A DNA stretch of 45,995 nucleotides from an uncultured bacterium (GCA_903839615.1 CAIMCX010000105.1:1-45995); one strand, 5' to 3'; numbered from the stretch's first letter, positions 37,379 through 45,366 are shown. Translations and numbers: made by a program. Notes: a model not told the origin generated them from the letters alone.

Positions 37379-38055
37379 GGACAAGCGCCATTCTCCTTGC
37401 CGCTGGCCGCGGACGCCGCATGGGCCAGGGTGTGAACAAGGTCTTTCTCCCCGTAGGCGGCGTTTCGATTCTCGCTCGAGCCGCCCTCGCATTCGCGCAA
37501 GTGCCGCGAATCGATGAGTTGATCGTCGTGGCCCACCCTGACGAGATGGCCCTCGCCGCCGATGCGCTGCCTCCTCTCGACATCCCGGTTCGCGTCGTCG
37601 AGGGAGGCGCGGAGCGGCACGACTCCGCGCTCGCCGGCGTGACGGCCGCAACGGGGGACGTCCTCCTCATTCATGACGCGGCGCGACCTTTCCCGTCACA
37701 GGATCTGATCGAACGCGTGATCGAGGGCACACTGCGCCATGGTGCCTGCATTCCCGTGATCCCCGTCGTCGACACCCTGCGCCTTGTCAACGCGGACGGG
37801 ACCGCGTCCGGGGATCCCGTCGAACGCGACCGCCTTTCCCACGTGCAGACGCCGCAAGGGTTTCGCGCCGAGATCATTCGACAAGCTCTGGCCGAGTGGC
37901 GGTCAGGAGTCCTCCTTCTGGACGACGCAGCCGCCGTGCTTGCGTGTGGTATCCGCGTCGTCACCGTGGCTGGGAATCCACGGAACCTGAAGGTCACGAC
38001 CCCAGCGGACCTCGAATTCGCAGGCCATGTGGCTGTAGGTTCGCAAGGTACCTAG
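37375..38055 (+). CDS. ispD: 2-C-methyl-D-erythritol 4-phosphate cytidylyltransferase
   Basis: ORF trimmed to ATG 37375. AILLAAGRGRRMG, NKVFLP, HDAARPF, VDTL, QTPQGF. Confidence 0.9.
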   Translation: MRTSAILLAAGRGRRMGQGVNKVFLPVGGVSILARAALAFAQVPRIDELIVVAHPDEMALAADALPPLDIPVRVVEGGAERHDSALAGVTAATGDVLLIHDAARPFPSQDLIERVIEGTLRHGACIPVIPVVDTLRLVNADGTASGDPVERDRLSHVQTPQGFRAEIIRQALAEWRSGVLLLDDAAAVLACGIRVVTVAGNPRNLKVTTPADLEFAGHVAVGSQGT

Positions 38056-38075
38056 AACACAGCCGTCCGCTTGCG

Positions 38076-38104
38076 TTGCCGATCCACTCGCGCCCCGCTA
38101 GAAT
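38076..38104 (+). promoter_or_regulatory. Sigma70-type promoter for the orphan secreted-protein gene
   Basis: TTGCCG (38076-38081), 17-nt spacer, TAGAAT (38099-38104). AAGGAGG lies 5 nt upstream of ATG 38133. Confidence 0.55.
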
Positions 38105-38132
38105 GCTCGCTATTGTTGTCAAGGAGGATTCC

Positions 38133-38822
38133 ATGCTTCGAACGAAGAACGTCGGGTGGTTGTTTGCAGCGACGGCCGTCATCGTGATGCTCGTCGGGAG
38201 CGCCGCGGTGGCAACCGAGCCCATCCAGTCCTACGTCGTAGGAGACACGGCGGCTTGGGTGTTCAACAACCTTACGGGTGTGGACGTGACCGGCATTCAC
38301 GTCGAGTTCGACCGGGCCGTCACGATGACCTACAAATTCGAGATCGGCGGGTACTTCCCGGCGCTCGGTCCCGCGACGGGGACGACGTTTAACTATAACG
38401 GCGGCTCGCTTGTGTCCGGCGGCTGCCTCATTCTCCAGTGGCAGCCCGCAGATGCGCAGCCCACGTTGGTCATGTGGATGAACGGCGCGCACCCGGTCGG
38501 GAAGCCCTACTTCACGACGATTGACCGCCTCGGCTACCTGTTCGGGCAGGGCATCGTCTACCTGCGGCAGGCGAATCCTGCTGCGCTGCAGGCCGCGTTC
38601 GGGCAGTTCTTCGCCGACAACGCCGCCTACTTCACGCAGCTCTCACAGACGCTCGGCATGTCGCTCCAGGACTCGCTCCTGCCGATCATCATGTCGGCTC
38701 CGGCGGAAGGAATCCAGAACTTCTTCAACACAATCATCGGGATGCTTGGAGTCACCGACCTCCAAGGTCTTCTTGGCGGGGCCGTGAACTTCAGCTCGTT
38801 GATGACGGCGCTCGGACTATAA
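38133..38822 (+). CDS. Secreted protein of unknown function (beta-rich N-terminal half, helical Ala/Gln/Phe-rich C-terminal half)
   Basis: ORF 37896-38822 trimmed to ATG 38133, which has a perfect AAGGAGG SD. Signal peptide MLRTKNVGWLFAATAVIVMLVGSAAVA. I recognise no family motif. Confidence 0.7.
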   Translation: MLRTKNVGWLFAATAVIVMLVGSAAVATEPIQSYVVGDTAAWVFNNLTGVDVTGIHVEFDRAVTMTYKFEIGGYFPALGPATGTTFNYNGGSLVSGGCLILQWQPADAQPTLVMWMNGAHPVGKPYFTTIDRLGYLFGQGIVYLRQANPAALQAAFGQFFADNAAYFTQLSQTLGMSLQDSLLPIIMSAPAEGIQNFFNTIIGMLGVTDLQGLLGGAVNFSSLMTALGL

Positions 38823-38846
38823 GAGACATCTTCCTTGAGCAGTTGC

Positions 38847-38883
38847 CGCGCGGGGGGGCGTTGCCCCCTCCGCGTCTTTCTTT
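38847..38883 (+). terminator. Rho-independent terminator for the orphan gene; the hairpin could also serve the converging EamA gene
   Basis: GC-rich stem cgcgcgggggggc / gccccctccgcg with one bulge and one G-U pair, a 3-nt loop, followed by tctttcttt. Confidence 0.65.
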
Positions 38884-38899
38884 GACCGGAAGCTGAGCG

Positions 38900-39979
38900 T
38901 TAGGAGCCCGTCTCATGGGGATGCCGGTGATGCGCGTCCGGGCGGTGTGGATGGGTGTGCACGAGGCTTGTGTGTGTGTGAGCGTGCGCGTGTGCTCCCT
39001 CGGTGGTCTCGGCGTCCGCGTGGGCGTGCTCATGGTGCTCGTCGTGGACGTGCCGGTGCGTGTGGATCGAGGGCTCGTGACCGTGGGAGTGTTCGTGGCG
39101 CTCTCGCATGAGGAGCCACGTCGCGAAGAGGACGAGCGGAAACGCAGCGTACGTCGTGATGGGCGGCCCTTCGCGGAAGATGCACAGCGAGATCGCGGCC
39201 GCGAGGAACGGCGCGGCTCCGAACAACGCCCCCGTTCTGGCAGAGCCAAGCTTCCGCAGCGAACGAACGAAGAACGCAATACTCGCACCGTACGAGACAG
39301 CGCCCAGTGCCAGCGAGGCGAGAGCGGGACCTACCGTTGGGAATGGCCGGCCGAGCGCAAGCGCCAGGAGAAGAGAGAACGCCCCGGCGCCCAAGCCCTT
39401 CAGAATGACGATCGTCTTCGGATTGCGCAGCGAGACGTTGCGCGTGAGGTTGTTGTCGAGTCCCCAAAGGACGCAGGCGCAGACAATCAGGAGAGATCCC
39501 GGCGAGAGACCCCAGGCGCCCGCCGGGCTGATGGACAGGAGGACTGCGCCGACAGTCACGAGCCCGACTGCCAGCCACGCAACCCGCCCGACGGCCTCGC
39601 GGAAGAGAATCGCGGCGAGCCCCGCCGTAGCCGCGGTCTCGAGCGTGAGCAGGAGAGATGCCGTGGCCGCGGGAGTCTTGGCAAGCCCGAAGAGGAGGCA
39701 GAGGGGCGCTGCGACTCCTCCAACGAAGATCGCGGAAACGAGCGAAGGGATGTCGCCACGCTCGAGGCGCGCTTCCTCTCCGCGGCGACCCGCACCAGCG
39801 AGGGCTCCCGCCAGAAGCCCGAGGCAGGCACCAGCTCCCAGGTACAGGAGGCCGGCGAGGACGATCGGGTCTACGTCAGTCAGGAGAAGCTTCGATAGCG
39901 GCGAAGAGAGCCCGAATAGGGCCGCAGCCAAGAGCCCGTCAAGAGCTCCGGATGCCGCCCCAACCCGCGGCGCGGTCAT
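38900..39979 (-). CDS. DMT/EamA-family permease (10 TM) with a 65-aa histidine-rich C-terminal tail
   Basis: Two EamA-like halves of 5 TM each. The tail HEHSHGHEPSIHTHRHVHDEHHEHAHADAETTEGAHAHAHTHTSLVHTHPHRPDAHHRHPHETGS contains 23 His in 65 residues. The ATG overlaps the upstream stop (ATGA at 39976-39979). Confidence 0.8.
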   Translation of the reverse strand: MTAPRVGAASGALDGLLAAALFGLSSPLSKLLLTDVDPIVLAGLLYLGAGACLGLLAGALAGAGRRGEEARLERGDIPSLVSAIFVGGVAAPLCLLFGLAKTPAATASLLLTLETAATAGLAAILFREAVGRVAWLAVGLVTVGAVLLSISPAGAWGLSPGSLLIVCACVLWGLDNNLTRNVSLRNPKTIVILKGLGAGAFSLLLALALGRPFPTVGPALASLALGAVSYGASIAFFVRSLRKLGSARTGALFGAAPFLAAAISLCIFREGPPITTYAAFPLVLFATWLLMRERHEHSHGHEPSIHTHRHVHDEHHEHAHADAETTEGAHAHAHTHTSLVHTHPHRPDAHHRHPHETGS

Positions 39980-42237
39980 GCCTCTTCCTGCAGGAGGGCA
40001 CGGACGCGTGGCGGGTCGAGCGGGTACTTCGTGAGCCGTCGTCCGGTGGCATGAGCGACCGCGCGAGCGACGGCAGCGTGTGCGGCCATGAGCGGCACCT
40101 CGCCGATGCCCTTCATCCCGAACGGCCCTGCGGGGAAGAGGTCTTCAACGAAATCCACGATTGGCTTGAGTGGGACGTCGCGAATCGTCGGGATGCGGTA
40201 GGTCGTGAATCCGTTGACCACGAGGTGCCCGTCTCGGACGCCGATCCCCTCCATCAGGGCAAAGCCGATGCCCTGCGCAACGCCGCCCTCGACCTGCCCC
40301 GTGGCGAGAGCACGATTGAGGATGCGTCCTGAATCATGCACTGCGATGTAGTCGATGACGCGCGTCTCCCCGGTCCGCACGTCGACCTCGACCTCCGCGA
40401 TGTGCGTCGCGTAGGCGTAGACCGGGTATGCGTCGCCGAGTCCGGTCGCGGGGTCCCAGCTCACGGGCTCGGTCGACGCGAAGCCTTCCACCGCAGGGTC
40501 AAGGTTCTCGATCCAGAAGTGATGCGCAATCTCCGGCAGACGATCGGCGATCTCCCGTTTCGGAATCTTGTGCGCCTTCGCGACGTTCTCGATCCGCTCA
40601 CGCAACTTCGCTGCCGCATCGAGGACGGCAAGCGCGCTCATCATCGTGCCGCGCGACGCGACAGTCGGACCGCTGTCGGGAACGCGCGACGTGTCGACCG
40701 GCGCGAGCTGGACGCGATCGAGCGGCACACCAAGGCCCTCGGCGGCGACCTGGAGCACCGCCGTCGTCAGGCCCTGGCCCATCTCGACCGTCCCGATCGC
40801 AACCCCGACCGAGCCGTCCGGCTCGAGCTTCATCGTCGCTCCCGCCTTGTCGAGGAATGGCGCCTTGCCGCCGAGCCCGACGCCGTAGAGGACGCACGCC
40901 ACGCCAATCCCGCGGCGCGTCTCGCTCGACGAGCGATTGTGCGCATCGATCGAGGCAAGGCGCTCGGGCCAATGGGCAAGATCCGCCGCGCGGTCGAGTG
41001 TCTCAGCCACGCCGACGCTCGACGCGACGCAGTGATCCGTCGAGGTGCAATCCCCGGCGTGAAGGACGTTCCGGCGCCTGATCTCCACCCGGTCGATCTT
41101 CAGGCGCTCGGCAAGGAGGTCCATCTGCGACTCGTGCGGGAAGATGACCTGCGGGCTCCCGAATCCTCGGAACGCCCCGTTCGGCACCGTGTTCGTCGCC
41201 ACCGAACGGGCGACGACGCGCACGTTGGGAACGCGATACGGACCCGCCGCCGTGACGAGGCTGCGCCAGAGGACGGCGGACGAGAGCGTCTGGTACGCGC
41301 CCGCGTTGAGGACAACGTCCACGTCGATCCCCGTGATTCGGCCGTCGGCGTCCGCCGCCGTCTTGTAGCGGACCACCGATGGATGCCGCTTGCTGGTTGT
41401 CAACACATCTTCGGCCCGGTCGAGGACGAGCTTCACCGGTCGCCGAGTGGCCCACGCGCCGATCGCGGCAAGCGAGCCAATGAGCGACGGCACGTCTTCT
41501 TTGCCTCCGAACGCGCCGCCGGTGGCGGTGGCCACGACGCGCACCTTGGCCAAAGGAAGGCCGAGAACCTTCGCCACCGCGTTCTGCACGTAGAACGGGC
41601 ACTGCATCGACCCGTAGACGCAGAGCGCACCCAGTTCTTCCGGAACGGCAACCGCACCTTGGGTTTCGAGATAGGCATGCTCCTGGTACCCGGTCTCGTA
41701 GACGCCCTCGACCACAGCCACCGCGTCAGCCACCGCGCGGTCGGCGTCGCCCTTGTCGAGCACCATGCGGTTGAACAGGTTCCCGCCTTCCGCGGCGGAC
41801 GGCACAGCTACAAGCGGCGCACCTGGCTCGAGCGCGGCGAGCGGGTCAGCAACGAACGGCAGGACCTCGTATTCGACGTGCACGGCGGCCGCCGCCGCGC
41901 GAGCCTCGGCTCGCGTTCCGGCAACGACAAGGACCACGGGCTCTCCTACGTAGCGCACGACGCCCTCGGCGAGCGCCGGCTGGTCGTCGACGATCACGTG
42001 CACGATGTTGTCGCCGGGAACGTCGGTCGCCGTGAGCACGGCGACCACCCCGGAAAGAGAACGCGCCGCCTCGGCTTCGATTCCGACGATGCGCGCGTGA
42101 GGGTGCGGACTGCGAACGAGAGAAGCGTGGAGCATGCCGGGGAAGGCGAGGTCGTCCGCGTACCTCGCCTCGCCCCGGACCTTATCGATCGCATCGGGCC
42201 TAGGAACCCCGGCTCCGATGAGCGTCGTACGCTTCAC
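39976..42237 (-). CDS. Xanthine dehydrogenase/aldehyde oxidase-family molybdopterin-binding subunit (no FeS or FAD domain)
   Basis: ORF trimmed to GTG 42237 (TAGTG overlap with the upstream stop; GGGAGG lies 9 nt upstream). a/b-hammerhead N-terminus: GAGVPRPDAIDKVRGEARYADD, HASLVRSPHPHARI. Also GGAFGGKE, AFRGFGSPQ and GIGEVPL. Confidence 0.85.
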   Translation of the reverse strand: MKRTTLIGAGVPRPDAIDKVRGEARYADDLAFPGMLHASLVRSPHPHARIVGIEAEAARSLSGVVAVLTATDVPGDNIVHVIVDDQPALAEGVVRYVGEPVVLVVAGTRAEARAAAAAVHVEYEVLPFVADPLAALEPGAPLVAVPSAAEGGNLFNRMVLDKGDADRAVADAVAVVEGVYETGYQEHAYLETQGAVAVPEELGALCVYGSMQCPFYVQNAVAKVLGLPLAKVRVVATATGGAFGGKEDVPSLIGSLAAIGAWATRRPVKLVLDRAEDVLTTSKRHPSVVRYKTAADADGRITGIDVDVVLNAGAYQTLSSAVLWRSLVTAAGPYRVPNVRVVARSVATNTVPNGAFRGFGSPQVIFPHESQMDLLAERLKIDRVEIRRRNVLHAGDCTSTDHCVASSVGVAETLDRAADLAHWPERLASIDAHNRSSSETRRGIGVACVLYGVGLGGKAPFLDKAGATMKLEPDGSVGVAIGTVEMGQGLTTAVLQVAAEGLGVPLDRVQLAPVDTSRVPDSGPTVASRGTMMSALAVLDAAAKLRERIENVAKAHKIPKREIADRLPEIAHHFWIENLDPAVEGFASTEPVSWDPATGLGDAYPVYAYATHIAEVEVDVRTGETRVIDYIAVHDSGRILNRALATGQVEGGVAQGIGFALMEGIGVRDGHLVVNGFTTYRIPTIRDVPLKPIVDFVEDLFPAGPFGMKGIGEVPLMAAHAAVARAVAHATGRRLTKYPLDPPRVRALLQEEA

Positions 42238-43262
42238 TACAAGCGGCCTCCCATCGTCAAGGTGAGGATCGCCTTTTGCGTGTGGAGGCGGTTCTCGGCC
42301 TGGTCGAGGATCCACGACAGCTTGTTGTCACACACCTCCGGATCCGCTTCATTGCCGCGGTCCACGGGCATGCATTGGAGGAGGTACCCGGGGTCGCCGA
42401 GCTTCTTCTGGCGCTCCGTCGAGTACTTCCAGCTCACGTACTTCTTCGCGATCTCGGCTTCTTTGTCCTTCCCGATCTGGTAGCGATCCTTCGTGAACCA
42501 GTTGCGCGGGAAGACGACGGTCGCCCCGTCGAGCGCCTTGTCGAGATCGTGCGAGATCTCGAACGATCCGCCCGACGCCGACGCGAGGTCGCGGCACTGT
42601 TGCATGACCTTCGGATCGAGGTCGTATTCGGGCGGGTTTGCCACCACGACGTTCATCCCGTACATCGAAGAGATGAGCGCCGTGCCCTGCACCGAGCACC
42701 AACCGCGGATCCACGGGGACCACGCCCACATGATGACGATCTTCTTGCGGTTGACGTCCGCGTCAAGCTTCTCGTGCATCGTGTAGATGTCGGTCAGCGA
42801 CTGGCACGGATGGTTGATGTCCGACGCCATGTTGATGATCGGCACGCGGCAATGCTTGGCGAACTTCTGCATGACCTCGTCCGCCTCGCCGTAGGCGCGG
42901 ATCTTGTCGTCGAGAAGCCGGATGCCGACTCCGTCGCAATACCGCTCCATTGCCTCGGCCGTGTCCTTCACCGTCTCCCCGGCGCCCGGCTTGTCCTCGA
43001 GCGACAGGCGCGTCGTCTGCGGGTCGATGAACTGCGCGTGCCCGCCGAGCTGCGTCATCGCCGTCTCGAACGACATGCGGGTCCTTGTGGAACCGGCGAA
43101 GAACATCATCGCGAACGTCTTGTACTGGAGGTACGGGTGAGGGGAGCGACTGTAGTACGCGCCCTTCATCTGGTCAGTGACCTTCATCGCGATGTCGTAC
43201 TCTTCCCGAGTCCAGTCAATTTCGCTGATCAGGTCACGACCGGCAAGATCGAACCAGCTCAT
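42237..43262 (-). CDS. Divergent aspartate/ornithine-carbamoyltransferase-superfamily protein, 'knotted' AOTCase/SOTCase/YgeW-like, with HCLP replaced by QCMP
   Basis: GSTRTR, HPCQ, IVIMWAWSP.., NVVVANPPEYDLDP, SGGSFEISHD, AENRLHTQKA. The motif at the HCLP position reads LLQCMPVDRG. Strong SD AAAGGAGG plus 4 nt precedes the ATG. Confidence 0.8.
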   Translation of the reverse strand: MSWFDLAGRDLISEIDWTREEYDIAMKVTDQMKGAYYSRSPHPYLQYKTFAMMFFAGSTRTRMSFETAMTQLGGHAQFIDPQTTRLSLEDKPGAGETVKDTAEAMERYCDGVGIRLLDDKIRAYGEADEVMQKFAKHCRVPIINMASDINHPCQSLTDIYTMHEKLDADVNRKKIVIMWAWSPWIRGWCSVQGTALISSMYGMNVVVANPPEYDLDPKVMQQCRDLASASGGSFEISHDLDKALDGATVVFPRNWFTKDRYQIGKDKEAEIAKKYVSWKYSTERQKKLGDPGYLLQCMPVDRGNEADPEVCDNKLSWILDQAENRLHTQKAILTLTMGGRL

Positions 43263-43322
43263 GAAACCTCCTTTGCCAGGAACGCAACCGCCGGGCGTCC
43301 TCTGCGGTTACGCCGGTCCTTC

Positions 43323-44360
43323 CTAGCCCATGATGCAGACCATCATGCCCTTCTGCCCGTGGAGGCGGTTCGCCGCCTGCTCGATGATGACCGAGTTCGG
43401 ACCGTCGATGACCTCATCCGTGACTTCCATGTCGCGGTCGGCGGGGAGGCAGTGCATGTAGATCGCGTCGTTCGTGAGCTTCATCTTGTCCTGCGTCGTG
43501 ATCCAGCTCTTGTTCGCCTCGAACAAGGCCTTCGCCTTCTCCGGATCCATCGGCATCTTGCCATCGGTTGGCTGCACGGTCCACGCCTTCGGGTAGACGA
43601 CGTCGGCGCCCTTGAACGCCTGATCCATGTCGTTCACGATCTTGAACGCCCCGCCATGGCGCTTCGCGAGATCCTTCGACGCCTGGAGCACCTTTGGGTC
43701 GAGATCGAAGCCCTTCGGATGGGCAAGCGTGACGTCCATGCCCATCGTCGCCGCGGCGATGATGCAGCTCTGCGGGACGGCAAGAGGCTTCTCGACCGAG
43801 CCGGAGTACGCCCAACTCATGACGAACTTCCTCCCCTGCAGGTTGTGACCGAGCTTCTCCTGCATCGTCATCACGTCGGCCAGGTCCTGGCACGGGTGAT
43901 ACATGTCGTCTTCCATGTTGATGACCGGGACCTTCGACCAGTGGGCAAACTCGCGGATGATCTGGTTGCCCTTGCCGTACTTCCAGTCGGTGTACTTGCC
44001 GTAGATGCGGATCGCGATCGCGTCGCCCATCTCGGCGAGGACGCGGGCGACGTCGCTGATGCGCTCGGTCGAGTAGGCCTTCTCATCGCCCTTCAGGGCC
44101 GGCGTGTAGACGGCGCCCGGTTGCAGGAAGTGGGCGTGACCGCCGAGCTGCGTCATCGCGGTTTCGAACGAGTTTCGGGTCCGCAGCGACGTGTTGTAGA
44201 ACATCATGTGCAACGTCTGCCCGTCGAGGATCTTGTGCGGCTCGCGGCGGATGAACTTCCGCTTCAGGTCGTGCCCGGTGTCGAGAATGGCATCCAGTTC
44301 GTCGCGCGAGAACTCAAGCCAGGTGATGAAGTCCCGTCCCCTCAGTGTTGTGTTGGACAC
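43323..44360 (-). CDS. 'Knotted' carbamoyltransferase (N-acyl-ornithine CTase / YgeW-like clade), substrate unknown
   Basis: SLRTR (the variant I recall from N-succinylornithine CTase), HPCQ, KFVMSWAYSGSVEKPLAVPQS, MDVTLAHPKGFDLDP, HGGAFKIVNDM, MHCLPADRDMEVTDEVIDGPNSVIIEQAANRLH. GTG start with GGGAGGA 4 nt upstream. Confidence 0.85.
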   Translation of the reverse strand: MSNTTLRGRDFITWLEFSRDELDAILDTGHDLKRKFIRREPHKILDGQTLHMMFYNTSLRTRNSFETAMTQLGGHAHFLQPGAVYTPALKGDEKAYSTERISDVARVLAEMGDAIAIRIYGKYTDWKYGKGNQIIREFAHWSKVPVINMEDDMYHPCQDLADVMTMQEKLGHNLQGRKFVMSWAYSGSVEKPLAVPQSCIIAAATMGMDVTLAHPKGFDLDPKVLQASKDLAKRHGGAFKIVNDMDQAFKGADVVYPKAWTVQPTDGKMPMDPEKAKALFEANKSWITTQDKMKLTNDAIYMHCLPADRDMEVTDEVIDGPNSVIIEQAANRLHGQKGMMVCIMG

Positions 44361-44387
44361 ATTTCCTCCCTCGTTTCTCTATCCTAT

Positions 44388-44417
44388 GGTGATGGCCATC
44401 CGCAGATGGCCATCACC
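44388..44417 (-). promoter_or_regulatory. Perfect 30-nt palindrome (13-bp arms, 4-nt centre) at the carbamate kinase stop; either an RNA stem-loop or a protein operator
   Basis: GGT-GATGGCCATC-CGCA-GATGGCCATC-ACC. The 10-mer GATGGCCATC is itself palindromic and occurs twice. The right arm contains the CK stop codon. No U-tract follows on the mRNA strand. Confidence 0.6.
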
Positions 44418-45366
44418 CCGTGATCGTCGTGCCGGCCTTGCCATCGAGCGCGTCCGTCGCCTTGTCGAGCGAGGTGATGATCGCCTTCTCGCCGCCCGCC
44501 TCGACGAACCGAATCGCGGCACGGACCTTCGGCTCCATCGACCCCTTCGCGAAATGTCCCTCGGCGTGATACTTCTTCGCCTCGGCCACCGTCATGCGGT
44601 CGAGCGCTTTTTCCTGCGGCGTCTTGTAGTAGAGCTTCACCTGGCTCACGTCGGTCAGGATCATGAAGATCGACGCCTTGACGTCGGCAGCCAACCGCTC
44701 CCCTGCAAGGTCCTTGTCGATGACGGCGTCCACGCCCTTCAGGCCGCCGTCCTCGCGTACGACGGGAATCCCGCCGCCGCCCGAAGCGATGACGATCGAG
44801 CGTGCCGCGACGAGCTGACGAATGACTTCCTTCTCGAAGATCTCGACCGGATCCGGAGATGCGACGACGCGGCGCCATCCGCGGCCGGCGTCTTCCTTCA
44901 CGTCGTAGCCCTTCTCGTCGTGCAGACGCTTCGCCTCGTCGGCGGAGTAGAACGGGCCGACGGGCTTCGTCGGATGCTTGAACGCGTCGTCGTTCGCGTC
45001 GACAACGACCTGCGTGACGATCGTGGCCACCGGGATGTCCGGGCGCCCTCCTGCGGCAAAGAGATTCGTCAGGTTCTGCTGGATCATATAGCCGATCAGA
45101 CCCTGGCTTTCGGCACCGCAGACGTAGAGCGGCATCGGTGCCGCGACGTCCTTCCCGACCTCGTTCTGCAGGAGGATGTTCCCCACCTGCGGGCCGTTCC
45201 CGTGCGTGACGACGATCTTGTACTTGCCCGACTCGACCATGTGCGCCAACTGCTCGCAGGTCAGGTGGACGTTCTTCATCTGTTCTTCGAACGTGCCGCG
45301 CTGGCCGGGCTGCAGGATCGCATTCCCGCCCAAGGCGACGACGACGAGTTTCTTCTCAGCTGGCAT
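44413..45366 (-). CDS. arcC: Carbamate kinase
   Basis: KLVVVALGGNAIL, VVTHGNGPQVG, IDKDLAGERLA, GGGIPV. Start at ATG 45366 (SD GAAGGAAGAGAGGA) rather than ATG 45411. Confidence 0.9.
   Translation of the reverse strand: MPAEKKLVVVALGGNAILQPGQRGTFEEQMKNVHLTCEQLAHMVESGKYKIVVTHGNGPQVGNILLQNEVGKDVAAPMPLYVCGAESQGLIGYMIQQNLTNLFAAGGRPDIPVATIVTQVVVDANDDAFKHPTKPVGPFYSADEAKRLHDEKGYDVKEDAGRGWRRVVASPDPVEIFEKEVIRQLVAARSIVIASGGGGIPVVREDGGLKGVDAVIDKDLAGERLAADVKASIFMILTDVSQVKLYYKTPQEKALDRMTVAEAKKYHAEGHFAKGSMEPKVRAAIRFVEAGGEKAIITSLDKATDALDGKAGTTITG

Noticed and set aside
38969-38980. (TG)6 dinucleotide tract as a possible slipped-strand phase-variation switch in the DMT permease tail
   Set aside because: The tract has only six units and simply reflects alternating His/Thr/Ala codons. 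It lies near the 3' end, where a frameshift would only alter the last ~25 residues. There is no evidence of heterogeneity.
39976-42237. Selenocysteine or other recoding in the Mo-hydroxylase, since some anaerobic purine hydroxylases depend on selenium
   Set aside because: The reading frame is uninterrupted with no in-frame TGA. The selenium in such enzymes is not necessarily encoded as Sec, so nothing in the sequence supports it.
40336-44423. Two 715-aa plus-strand ORFs (40336-42483 and 42276-44423), antisense to the Mo-hydroxylase and the carbamoyltransferases
   Set aside because: They are shadow ORFs of high-GC coding DNA. The translations are Arg/His/Asp/Leu-rich with no recognisable domain, while the minus-strand products carry strong family motifs and proper SDs.
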